The notes below the pieces were generated by a model, which was not told the DNA's origin, did no database searches, and saw nothing but the letters and a program-made list of their open reading frames with translations. DNA of 61,384 bases, filler included, from Nanobdellota archaeon (GTDB taxonomy: Archaea > Nanobdellota > Nanobdellia > Woesearchaeales > CAZZGN01): assembly GCA_051819665.1 (NCBI GenBank). It is 4 parts of 4 records of this genome, joined end to end, with 100 filler letters (N's around TTAATTAATTAA, not from the genome) between each part and the next. Parts side by side here need not be neighbours in the genome. Positions count along the whole stretch, not along the records: positions 1 to 15,931 come from JBNJDG010000023.1; 3 more parts are not named here. One strand, written 5' to 3'. The position numbers were made by a program, and so were the translations under genes. Positions 1-9,345 of this stretch are shown in pieces (position 1 is the first letter of the stretch; each line of letters starts with the position of its first letter).

Positions 1-66
1 CCACCTCCACCTGGAGGGATGCCTCCGCCACCGCCGGGGCAGGATAAAGATAAGAAAAAGAAATGA
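1..66 (+). CDS. 3' end of a protein with a proline-rich C-terminus (partial)
   Basis: Frame 1 reads PPPPGGMPPPPPGQDKDKKKK-stop; the TGA overlaps the next ATG (ATGA). Confidence 0.6.
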   Translation, partial: PPPPGGMPPPPPGQDKDKKKK

Positions 67-485
67 AAATGGAGAGAGAGGACTACCTCAGGCTGTTCTC
101 TGCATTATCTGATGCAGCTGTGAAGATTTCTAAGAAGGATAAGGCCGATATCCTATTCAATGGCACGAAGGTTGCCAAGGTGGGAATAAACAAAGAGGAA
201 GGCTGGACCTATTATATCGACAAGGACGGAGATATTGCCAGGGTGAGGAAAGGTTCCGGAAACAAAGGCAAAAAGATCCGTAAAAAGAGTCCGGCTGAGA
301 AAAATGAGCGAAAAGAAAGAGATAATATATCTGGCTCTGAAATGTATGAAGAGGTCAGGAAAGACAAGATAAAGAAACAGATAAAGACCATCGGGGATGC
401 CCTCGAAAATATAGACAGGACCCATGACAAGAAGAGATACGACAGGCTCAAGAAGAAGCTCTCTGAGTTAAAGAGACGATTATAG
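63..485 (+). CDS. Hypothetical basic protein
   Basis: 140-aa ORF coupled to the upstream stop; host-like codon usage; lysine-rich. Confidence 0.65.
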   Translation: MKMEREDYLRLFSALSDAAVKISKKDKADILFNGTKVAKVGINKEEGWTYYIDKDGDIARVRKGSGNKGKKIRKKSPAEKNERKERDNISGSEMYEEVRKDKIKKQIKTIGDALENIDRTHDKKRYDRLKKKLSELKRRL

Positions 486-678
486 CGACATTACCCTTAA
501 GTTCTTTCAATCTTGCATCAGCAAACTCTGCCAGCCTCTCAGCTTCCGCTTTCCTGTCCTTATCATCTATGTAAGACTTTAGGAATTTTACCTTCACTTC
601 ATTCTTCTTCTTAAGCTGAAGCTTTATCTCCTCTATCACAGCTTCAGTCATTCCATTCTTACCTATTCTTATTATCAT
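448..678 (-). CDS. YhbY/CRM-domain RNA-binding protein
   Basis: IRIGKNG-T-AVIEEI...VKVKFLKS...GNVAII matches the CRM/YhbY pattern. Confidence 0.8.
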   Translation of the reverse strand: MIIRIGKNGMTEAVIEEIKLQLKKKNEVKVKFLKSYIDDKDRKAEAERLAEFADARLKELKGNVAIIVSLTQRASS

Positions 679-684
679 CTCTGT

Positions 685-2472
685 TCACCTTCTCTGTTTT
701 GTTGAAGTCTTATGCCCCATATCGAGATGCTTGTTCAGCTGCTCGATATGCCTCACTTTGGCCCTTATCAGGTACCTGAAATCCTTATTGAACTCCTCAA
801 GGATGAGAGAAGCATGCTGCCCCCCTAGAAGATGAGGCAGTATCACATAATCAGCACCCTTATCATAAAGCTCAAGAGATTCCTTCACATCATAAGCGGT
901 CACTATTATAGTGCAATGAGGATTAAGTTTCCTGGCTTTATCGATCATGAACTTGGTCGTCTCGATATCAGGTATCGTCGATATTATTATACTTGCATGC
1001 TCAAGACCGGACCTCTCAACGATCTCCTCATCGGCGATATCCCCATAGATACAATGGATCCTCTCCTTGATGAGCTTCTGGATTATATCAGGGTTGAAAT
1101 CAACTATTAAAAATCTTTTCCTCAGCCTTTTCAGAGTCTCGTAGATGCTGTAACCTATCCTGTCGAAACCTATTAGCAGGACCTCGTTCTTTATCTCCTT
1201 CTTGGGCATGTATTCCATCTTCTTATGCTCATGCCTCCTCTTACTTTTCTCGAAATAATCTAAGAGAGGATAAAGGAGCCTGTATAGTTTACGGTTGTAT
1301 TTCACCGTATAGGAAGTTGAAAGTATTGACACTAATGTCAATATCACGACCATCGTGAGGAAATCATTGCCAATATGACCATAAGTGACACCTGCCCCTA
1401 CAATTATGAGGGAGAACTCAGAAGACTGAGCAAGCGTAGTTGCTGTCTCAAACGATGTCTTCTTCGTATAGGAGAAGAACAATACAATGAAGAAAGTCAC
1501 AACGGGCTTTAGGACAAGGACAAGAAATATTAAAGCCAGGATGGGAAGGAGCTCTATATGAGCATGAGAGAGCTGGACTCCAAGAGAGATGAAAAATATG
1601 GTCGCAAAAAAATCCCTTAATGATCTGACCTTACCTATCACCTCATAAGCATAAGGCATCGAGGCAAGACCTATACCGGCGATGAAGGCTCCCATGGCTA
1701 TCGAGAGACCGGGCTCGAGAAGGCCCACCCAAAAATTACTAAGGTTAAGCCCTATAATATTTGAGAACTGGATAAGGAGTTTCCCGAAATGTTTGAACAG
1801 GAAAGCGAAAAAGAAGCATGCTGAGAGGGAAACCAGGAAAAGCAGCTCCTGGGTCTTCGCGGCAAACCTGAAGAGAGGCCTGAAGAGATAACCGTTCATG
1901 AAATAGGATATCAGCAGTAGGAGAGCTGTCTTTAGCAGAGCCACTATGAAAAATACCGGACTGAAATTCTCTATCGTATTCAGAGTTGAAAGAGCTATTA
2001 TAGCAAAGAAATCCTGTATAAGGAGAAAACCTATCATTATCTTACCATGGAGCGTGTTCAGCTCTGACTTATCCGAGAGGAGCTTCACTACCACCATGGT
2101 GCTGCTGAACGAGACGATGAGGCCTATGTATATCGATTCTGTAATACCGAACCCGAGCATATTCCCGAAGAAAAGACCCGCAAAGAAAAGGAACAGGATC
2201 TGCAAAGTTGCACCGACTGAAGCCACCTTGCTTATGTTCTTGAGTTTCTCGAAGTTAAGCTCAAGTCCCACTACGAACAATAAGAAAGCCACTCCTATCT
2301 CGGCCAGTTCCACCAGTTCACTTGAATCTCTGACAATGCCTAATATAGGCCCTACTAATATACCGGCGAAGATATAGGCAGGGATCATCGGCTGTTTTAG
2401 CTTCCTGGCCAGGAAAGAGAGGAAGGTGGCCATTACGATCACTATGCCGATCTGGAAAAAGATGTCTGTCAT
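685..2472 (-). CDS. CPA2 cation:proton antiporter with C-terminal RCK/TrkA-N domain (Kef-type)
   Basis: Many TM helices, SSTMVV and QD motifs, AQSSEFS, C-terminal IGFDRIG...YGD RCK domain. Confidence 0.9.
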   Translation of the reverse strand: MTDIFFQIGIVIVMATFLSFLARKLKQPMIPAYIFAGILVGPILGIVRDSSELVELAEIGVAFLLFVVGLELNFEKLKNISKVASVGATLQILFLFFAGLFFGNMLGFGITESIYIGLIVSFSSTMVVVKLLSDKSELNTLHGKIMIGFLLIQDFFAIIALSTLNTIENFSPVFFIVALLKTALLLLISYFMNGYLFRPLFRFAAKTQELLFLVSLSACFFFAFLFKHFGKLLIQFSNIIGLNLSNFWVGLLEPGLSIAMGAFIAGIGLASMPYAYEVIGKVRSLRDFFATIFFISLGVQLSHAHIELLPILALIFLVLVLKPVVTFFIVLFFSYTKKTSFETATTLAQSSEFSLIIVGAGVTYGHIGNDFLTMVVILTLVSILSTSYTVKYNRKLYRLLYPLLDYFEKSKRRHEHKKMEYMPKKEIKNEVLLIGFDRIGYSIYETLKRLRKRFLIVDFNPDIIQKLIKERIHCIYGDIADEEIVERSGLEHASIIISTIPDIETTKFMIDKARKLNPHCTIIVTAYDVKESLELYDKGADYVILPHLLGGQHASLILEEFNKDFRYLIRAKVRHIEQLNKHLDMGHKTSTKQRR

Positions 2473-2588
2473 CAGGAATATTGGAAAAAGAGTTACTTAA
2501 AAATTTGATGTTATCACTCATAAGTAAGAGGGGCTTTGTAAATGCCGATCAGAGCCATTTCCGTTAAGGTATCAGGACAAAATTCACT

Positions 2589-4790
2589 TCATTCGTTTTG
2601 TGTTAAGTCTGTTGTCTGCCCCTGCTTCATATTACCCTTATTCGCAGGATAAAAACCATTTGTATCTTCATGACCCTTGTATTCTACATTGCCGTTCTCA
2701 TCCTTTGTAAAATAAAAATCGTTCCTCTCCCCAGTCGAAGTCTGAACCCAGTATGTCTCTGCTCCTTCCTCAGAAAGTTCCTCTGGTGGATTATGCGCCT
2801 TCTCTACATTCACCTTTTCATAACCACTTCCCTTGGTATACCTGTACATATCAGCCCGGCCTTCCATGGCTTCTGAGTAAGGATTCTCATTTTCTCCTGT
2901 ACCAGTTATGACTATGTTCGGGAAATCTTCAGCAAATTTGTTTGCAGCTGTATAGTCTCCTTCTCCCTCAAAGAATTGCTCATTCACTTTATCCACATCA
3001 TGACTGCCTTCCATCACATACAAATTTCCTTCTCTGTTCTTATATATCCTACTCTCCTCAATATTACCGTCATCATCCATATCAAATTCTTCACTAGCAT
3101 AACTTAACTTTACATCTGTATCAAGAAGAGACAAGTCATGCTCTACAGGACCGTTGATTGCTATAGTTCCATCATTTGTTTGCTCTACAGATACATCATA
3201 ACTCCTGGGAAGATTATCTCCCACTTCCGAAGGCAGACCATATTCTTCTATTTCTCCCTGAGTTATACCATCATTAAAAGACAGCTCCCCGCCGTTCCTG
3301 AAGACTTCAGATGCAGATACTGCATCCCTGTGATTATAAGTGCCGTCATCATTTACCTCAACCAAGGAAAAATCATGATCCAGGTCAGTCTTCTGGATAT
3401 ACGAACCATGACCATCTTCAACTCTGTTATCTGTCTTATCATAAACAATATAGGTCTTGTCACCATGCTCTAAATATGCTTTTCTCACATCATCACGGCC
3501 ATCTCCGTTTTTATCGAATGTCTCTGTCCTGAGAAAACCATCATTCTGTACTTTTGCCTTTGCAGCAGCAAAAGCTTCAGCCATATCATGCTTCTTTGCC
3601 AGGGCATCTTCCTGATGGAATTCAGGCATATCTTTGCCAAGATCAACATCAGAAAGCCTCACACCTTTAGAATTCGAATTGAACGTGGCAGCATCAGTCT
3701 CTATGACAAGATCTGCCGGGCTTCCACCTCCCGAATAGATAGGAGCAACATCTATATCATCAACAGAATCTCCTGCCTGGACCCTCATAATATTCTCGCC
3801 TTCCTTGTTCACATAAAGATCATTCTCATTGCCGGATTCATAAAAATGCACACAATTACCCTTACAACCAAGATCATCTTCCTCACTCAAGGAGACTTTA
3901 GTCGGTTCAGCCGGAACAACACTTATTGACTCACCATCATTATGGGACATAGTTATTTCCGTGTTCCTCTCTGTGTCTATTATATGCTCTGTATCTCCTG
4001 TCCTTTCCGCTTTACCTGAAAAGACAATCTCTCCCTTATCCTCATGTATCTTCACTTTATCCCCTTCTACAATACGATCACCATCATCATTTTTCGAGAA
4101 AGAAATCTTATTCTCACTTTCATATACCTGACCGTCTATCTTAGCCTTGAATCCTTTTACAGAACCATCTCCGCCTTTTATAACAGGCATGCCATCTTCT
4201 GTCCTTGTTATTTCAGAACCGCACGTATTAAGACTGCCTTTGCTTCCTGAAGCTTCCAGACAACCTCCTTCAGTAACCTTGACCTCGTCATAATCCTCAC
4301 TAATCTGCTTAGGATCGAATGTTAGGGTATTGTCACTACCTTTTACCTTCATCTGGCCTGAGTCCTTATCAAAACTCTTTATATTCACAGAACCATCAGC
4401 ATCTATGCCATACTGGTTACTGAACCATTCTTGTTTAGCTCCGGAATTAGCATTCAACTTCCCCATGAAATTTTCATTACCGGACTTGATTTTATCCGTC
4501 ATCTCACCGAACACTTTTTCCTTTTCGCTGTCAGACAGGAAATCCGTTCCGGATTCAAAAGTCGACAATGCCTTATCAGCATTATTCTCAAAAGCCCTCG
4601 CAGGATCCTTCTTGAGTGTTTCCTGAGGCCTTTCTTCAAGCAACTGTTCGAAATTCTCATCAGATACATCCTCACTATTATAACCTTCAAAAGAAAACTC
4701 GTTAGCATTAAACTCTTCGGCTGCAAAAGCCATACCAGCTACCATTGAAAACATCAAAAGTATAAAGATAATTCTTCTCATTCTTCCCAC
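2589..4790 (-). CDS. Secreted acidic hypothetical protein
   Basis: 733 aa; signal peptide (MRRIIFILLMFSMVAGMAFA); D/E-rich; DxDxDG-like loops. Confidence 0.75.
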   Translation of the reverse strand: MGRMRRIIFILLMFSMVAGMAFAAEEFNANEFSFEGYNSEDVSDENFEQLLEERPQETLKKDPARAFENNADKALSTFESGTDFLSDSEKEKVFGEMTDKIKSGNENFMGKLNANSGAKQEWFSNQYGIDADGSVNIKSFDKDSGQMKVKGSDNTLTFDPKQISEDYDEVKVTEGGCLEASGSKGSLNTCGSEITRTEDGMPVIKGGDGSVKGFKAKIDGQVYESENKISFSKNDDGDRIVEGDKVKIHEDKGEIVFSGKAERTGDTEHIIDTERNTEITMSHNDGESISVVPAEPTKVSLSEEDDLGCKGNCVHFYESGNENDLYVNKEGENIMRVQAGDSVDDIDVAPIYSGGGSPADLVIETDAATFNSNSKGVRLSDVDLGKDMPEFHQEDALAKKHDMAEAFAAAKAKVQNDGFLRTETFDKNGDGRDDVRKAYLEHGDKTYIVYDKTDNRVEDGHGSYIQKTDLDHDFSLVEVNDDGTYNHRDAVSASEVFRNGGELSFNDGITQGEIEEYGLPSEVGDNLPRSYDVSVEQTNDGTIAINGPVEHDLSLLDTDVKLSYASEEFDMDDDGNIEESRIYKNREGNLYVMEGSHDVDKVNEQFFEGEGDYTAANKFAEDFPNIVITGTGENENPYSEAMEGRADMYRYTKGSGYEKVNVEKAHNPPEELSEEGAETYWVQTSTGERNDFYFTKDENGNVEYKGHEDTNGFYPANKGNMKQGQTTDLTQNE

Positions 4791-5545
4791 CTGTAATTCA
4801 TCGCATAATTATATGTGAAATTCTCAGCATTTATCTTATCATCGAATTCAAGGTTAAAAACAAAGGTCTCATCAGCCACCTGGATCAGGTCATATTCAAA
4901 ATCATACACTGAAGCCAAGTAAGTTATGTCCGAGATAGGTATTGTCTGGTTATCCCTCTTCTGGGAATCCATTATGCTCTCAACAGCAGTATACTTCTCC
5001 CTTAAATCAAAATCCACCTCTGTATCGAACTCACCCAATCTCTTTTCTGTATTCTCCCTCTTGAGAGTAAGGGGCAGATTCAAAGCAAGATTTACCTTAT
5101 CCTCTGCTATTGTAGTATCAACTTCAAACTCGCCTGCCTCTATCTCCTGGTTCTCCAATCTGTTAAGCGCATTTAGGCAAGCCGGAATATTTGTCCTGAC
5201 ATAATTGGATATCTCGGTACTTATTGTTTCTAAAGAAGGTATTGTGTATTCATCTTCATACCTGTAGAATACAACTTCATAGAGATCATAAGGAACAACA
5301 GGAAGATTCGTCCTGTAATAGCCCCCTGTATTGCCTACATAAAGGATCCCTTCTTTAGCTGTGCTGGTGAGGCAGTCATTAACAAGGTTCCTGACCTGGT
5401 CAGTCTCAAGCTCTGTCTCTACCTCAACGGGCTCATTATCTTCCTCTTCCTGCTCTCCCTGGCCCATATAGAAATATATACCGGCAACGAGCGCGACTAT
5501 AGCGATGATGACCAAAAACAATGCAATCTGTCCTCTCTTATCCAT
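4778..5545 (-). CDS. Class III (pilin-like) signal peptide protein
   Basis: N-terminus MDKRG/QIALFLVIIAIVALVAG has the archaeal prepilin-type cleavage pattern followed by a hydrophobic helix. Confidence 0.75.
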   Translation of the reverse strand: MDKRGQIALFLVIIAIVALVAGIYFYMGQGEQEEEDNEPVEVETELETDQVRNLVNDCLTSTAKEGILYVGNTGGYYRTNLPVVPYDLYEVVFYRYEDEYTIPSLETISTEISNYVRTNIPACLNALNRLENQEIEAGEFEVDTTIAEDKVNLALNLPLTLKRENTEKRLGEFDTEVDFDLREKYTAVESIMDSQKRDNQTIPISDITYLASVYDFEYDLIQVADETFVFNLEFDDKINAENFTYNYAMNYRWEE

Positions 5546-5598
5546 TTATCCTCAGCTCCAATGATTATATAGTCTCTGTCGAAGAAGTATTTAAATAA

Positions 5599-6366
5599 TT
5601 ATCGGTCTTTGACCCTGCTCCCGCCAGGGGGAATCATCCTTATGATCTCATCAAGGTCCCCTCCGAGCTTCTTCTTAGCAAGTTTGGCCACATCAGAAGT
5701 CTTCTTCGAGCCCGGCTGGATCACGAATACCTTATCAGAGAACTGCTTTACAGAATCAACAGTACCAACTATAACCTTCTCCCCATCGAAACCTAAAGAA
5801 AGCTCGACCCTCGGCTCAAGATAAGTGTTCTTCCCCCTCACCATGAAACTTCCTTTGGGCATGAACTCTCCCGATTCAGCTTCTTTGCTTACCTGATCAG
5901 GCTGGGCATAGAAAACATCGAGAGTGGCAAGACCTTCCGCCCATGCTTTTGAATAGGAAGCTGTTACCTGGGCTGTCTCCTCGATGCTCTTCTCCCCTAT
6001 CTCTTTCCCCTCTGATTTGATGACGAAGAAAGGGGAGCCGGCCATATCAGTATGGAAGATAAGATCATCCTTATCAGTATGCTTCTTGACGACAATCTCG
6101 TTAGTGGTAGCATCCCTGCCACCTATACAAAGGAAACCCTCACTTGTGAAGAACCAACGGAATTTCTCATACCACTGTTTCTTTCTGAGGATTGTTCTCT
6201 CTTCCTCTTCCGCAGGTTCTTCCTCTTCCTTCTTCTCAAGTTTCTCCTTGGATTTTTCCAGCGCAGTCCTCGCACCTTCAAGCTTTTTCTTCATCCTCTT
6301 CGCCTTGTCAAAATAGTCAGAGGCGTTCTGCTCGACGGTCTGGTCAAGGTCTATGGTTATCTTCAT
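5599..6366 (-). CDS. NFACT RNA-binding (DUF814) domain protein, short Rqc2-like
   Basis: QNASDYFDKAK, WYEKFRWF, GGRDATTNE, FHTDMAGSPF, GSFMVRG motifs. Confidence 0.88.
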   Translation of the reverse strand: MKITIDLDQTVEQNASDYFDKAKRMKKKLEGARTALEKSKEKLEKKEEEEPAEEEERTILRKKQWYEKFRWFFTSEGFLCIGGRDATTNEIVVKKHTDKDDLIFHTDMAGSPFFVIKSEGKEIGEKSIEETAQVTASYSKAWAEGLATLDVFYAQPDQVSKEAESGEFMPKGSFMVRGKNTYLEPRVELSLGFDGEKVIVGTVDSVKQFSDKVFVIQPGSKKTSDVAKLAKKKLGGDLDEIIRMIPPGGSRVKDR

Positions 6367-6414
6367 AAACTCAGGATAATCTGCATCATATAAAAATGTT
6401 TACTCCAAAATTTA

Positions 6415-6434
6415 TAACCACTTATTAGTGGTTA
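6415..6434. promoter_or_regulatory. Palindrome TAACCACT-N4-AGTGGTTA between divergent promoters
   Basis: Perfect 8-bp inverted repeat flanked by TATA-like elements in the 6367-6476 intergenic region. Confidence 0.45.
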
Positions 6435-6476
6435 AAAATAGCAAGTTTTAAATATCAAAACACCATCCCAAGAGAT

Positions 6477-7250
6477 ATGTTAGACCTATTAGTAGAGATC
6501 ATGCTCCAGCCGAAGGACGATACAATAACCACAAAACCTCTCGAGGTCCAGATGAACGAGATCAAGCCGAAAGAATATAAAGAAGAGGTAAGGACTTTCG
6601 AAAGGCCCGAAGAAGACAATCCAAAAAATTATAATATCCCTCCCGAAGCCATCAAAGAATTCTACAGGAATCATGACGGGAAGGTCACGGAGGAAGAGAA
6701 AAAGGATTTCATGAAGGAAGATATCGATGAGATCCTCAGCCATTACAATATAGAAAAGAGAGACTCTTTCCCTGACAAGTTTTCCGATAAGGCAGGCACG
6801 CTCATCTTTGCCTATAATTGGGATGATAAAAATACAAGAATGAGTTCTATAAAATTCAGGGCCCATGCAGAATTCTTCAAGGATAAGATGGATTTCATAT
6901 ATATTGAAGGCACCGAAAATCTTCCTGATAGCATAAATATCAAAGAGACAGGATATGTTCTGTTATCAAAGTACGATATCCATGAGGGGGAAAAGCCGGA
7001 AGACGGAAAAGAACAGAAGATAATCGACCATTCAAACTCTATCGTTGACAAGACAGAAGATATTGAGAGAGACATAGAAAACGAAAGGGAGAGATGGATC
7101 AAGCCCAATGTGTTCTACATGCAGAACAATATCTTTAAGGATTCCTATGCACGTTTTGAAGGCGGAGATGAGCTCATAAACAAGGCCATGATATACGACC
7201 TGAAGAAAGACCTCTTTCTCGCACCCATGGAAAACCACAATTTCAAATGA
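6477..7250 (+). CDS. Hypothetical protein
   Basis: 257-aa ORF with host-like codon usage and an upstream TTTAAATA box. Confidence 0.7.
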   Translation: MLDLLVEIMLQPKDDTITTKPLEVQMNEIKPKEYKEEVRTFERPEEDNPKNYNIPPEAIKEFYRNHDGKVTEEEKKDFMKEDIDEILSHYNIEKRDSFPDKFSDKAGTLIFAYNWDDKNTRMSSIKFRAHAEFFKDKMDFIYIEGTENLPDSINIKETGYVLLSKYDIHEGEKPEDGKEQKIIDHSNSIVDKTEDIERDIENERERWIKPNVFYMQNNIFKDSYARFEGGDELINKAMIYDLKKDLFLAPMENHNFK

Positions 7251-7281
7251 TTTATATATGACTCCTGATTCTTAGCTCAAT

Positions 7282-7845
7282 ATGCAGGGCGCAGAAGCGA
7301 TTGTATATGAGGAAGAGGGCAACATAATAAAAGAAAGGACAGAAAAGCCCTATCGTATAAAGGAGTTAGATGATAAGCTCAGGAAATCGAGGACCACCAG
7401 AGAAGCAGGCATCCTCGAGAAAGTAGAATTCTCTCCGAAGCTGATAAGGAAAGACAAGTACAGGATAGTGATGGAGAAATTAGACGGGCATTTAGTGAAA
7501 GACATCTTCGACAAAGATCATGAGAGAATCTCAAAGCTCATAGGAAAGACCCTGACAGAACTGCATGAGAAACATATCATCCATGGGGATCTTACAACTT
7601 CAAATATGATCCTCAATGAGAAATTATTCCTTATTGATTTCGGCCTTAGCTCATATTCTCACAAGGAAGAGGACAAGGCTGTTGACCTTCATCTCCTGAA
7701 GAGAGCTATTGATTCAAAGCATCACGAGAATGCAGAGGAATCGATGAGAATAATCCTTGAGAACTATAATCCTGAAAACAGGGAAAGCATTCTGAAAAGA
7801 TTGGATAAAGTAGAGATGAGGGGCAGGAACAAGAAAAAATCCTGA
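7282..7845 (+). CDS. bud32: KEOPS complex kinase Bud32
   Basis: QGAEA, K-YR, HGDLTTSN, IDFGL, EDKAVDL and RGR motifs. Confidence 0.93.
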   Translation: MQGAEAIVYEEEGNIIKERTEKPYRIKELDDKLRKSRTTREAGILEKVEFSPKLIRKDKYRIVMEKLDGHLVKDIFDKDHERISKLIGKTLTELHEKHIIHGDLTTSNMILNEKLFLIDFGLSSYSHKEEDKAVDLHLLKRAIDSKHHENAEESMRIILENYNPENRESILKRLDKVEMRGRNKKKS

Positions 7846-7920
7846 TTTATAGTAATGTATTACTTAGTAATTTGTTACTAAAACAACCAATAAAATAGTA
7901 AAAAAAGGGAAGAAACAAGA

Positions 7921-9006
7921 CTAAATCATATTAATACCAAGTTGTTCGCCGAGATTCTTTTTCCTTGATTCTGATTCTTTAGCCTCGTCGATCTTCCCGA
8001 GTATCCAGGGCGAATTCACTCCGGTGACAATGGTCATTACTGTAAGTTTACCTTCCATATCATCATCGACCCTTGCACCCCAGATCACATTCGCGTCCTG
8101 GTCCATTGAGTTAGTGACCTTCTCGCCCACTTTGTTTATCTCATCTAGTGTAAGGTCAGGTCCTCCGGTTATCTGGATAATCGCGCCTGTCGCTCCCTCA
8201 TAGCTTATGTCAAGCAGAGGATTAGATAGAGCTCCGTTGACGGATTCCTCAACCTTGTTCTTCGTGTCAGAGGAACCTACACCGATAGCTGCCACTCCGC
8301 CGGAAGCCATCACTGCCTTGACATCTGCAAAGTCAAGGTTTACGAGGCTGGGGATGGCGATGGTCTCTACAATACCTTTTATCATCGTAGCTATGAGCTC
8401 ATTAGCAACTGCGAAAGCTTCCTTAACCGGAAGATTACCAGCTATCTTGACAAGCCTGTTATTATCTATTACAATAACCGTATCTGATACTTTCCTGAGT
8501 TGCTGGAGACCTTGTTCTGCCTTATCTATCCTAGCCCTCTCAATACTGAAAGGCATGGTCACAGTACCTATTACAATAGAGCCGTTATCCCTTGCCACTT
8601 TAGCTATGGGATGAGCAGCACCTGTTCCTGTTCCGCCGCCCATTCCTGCACAGACGAAGGTGAGATCAGAATCCTTGACAGAATCCTTGATCTGATTACT
8701 GCTCTCCTCAGCAGCCTCTGTCCCTCTCTGCGGATAACCTCCACAACCAAGGCCTCTCGTGGAGTCCTGGCCCATAAGGAATTTCTTATCTGCTGCAGTG
8801 ATATCAATATGCTGCTGATCAGTATTAGTGGCGATGATCTCTGCACCCTGGATCCCCTTATTATAGAGCCAGTTCACCATATTGTTTCCTGCACCACCAA
8901 CACCGACGACCTTTATGTTCGCCTGGCCCAGATCCATCTGGCCATCCTGGGATTCTTCCTGTTGCCCTTTTTGTTTTTCAACCGCATCGTTTATGATAAA
9001 ATCCAT
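7921..9006 (-). CDS. ftsZ: Cell division protein FtsZ
   Basis: GVGGAGNN, GMGGGTGTG tubulin signature, NLDFADV T7 loop, IWGA. Confidence 0.98.
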   Translation of the reverse strand: MDFIINDAVEKQKGQQEESQDGQMDLGQANIKVVGVGGAGNNMVNWLYNKGIQGAEIIATNTDQQHIDITAADKKFLMGQDSTRGLGCGGYPQRGTEAAEESSNQIKDSVKDSDLTFVCAGMGGGTGTGAAHPIAKVARDNGSIVIGTVTMPFSIERARIDKAEQGLQQLRKVSDTVIVIDNNRLVKIAGNLPVKEAFAVANELIATMIKGIVETIAIPSLVNLDFADVKAVMASGGVAAIGVGSSDTKNKVEESVNGALSNPLLDISYEGATGAIIQITGGPDLTLDEINKVGEKVTNSMDQDANVIWGARVDDDMEGKLTVMTIVTGVNSPWILGKIDEAKESESRKKNLGEQLGINMI

Positions 9007-9345
9007 TTATCTCCCCTCTTGTTTGATTGTAAAGGGCAGGCGTTTAGCCTGCCCGACACTCTTTCCCTGTGTTTTCGCCACTGGTTCTCTTTTGACTTCA
9101 TTTCTAATGCGCGGGTCACGCGCAAAAATACAAATTGGTGTACTTTTTTGTATATTCTTATATTATTTCGTAACTTCCTTATATATAAATGTTTTGATAC
9201 CATAGAATTATTTCCATATTGAAAATAATTATTCAGTACATGTTTCGAGAGCCCCTGAGATGCCTGAAATCTGTGCCCTCATTCGGTAATACCGCATGAA
9301 TAAAACAAAAAAGAATATAAATAATCCCATACTATAACTAACATT

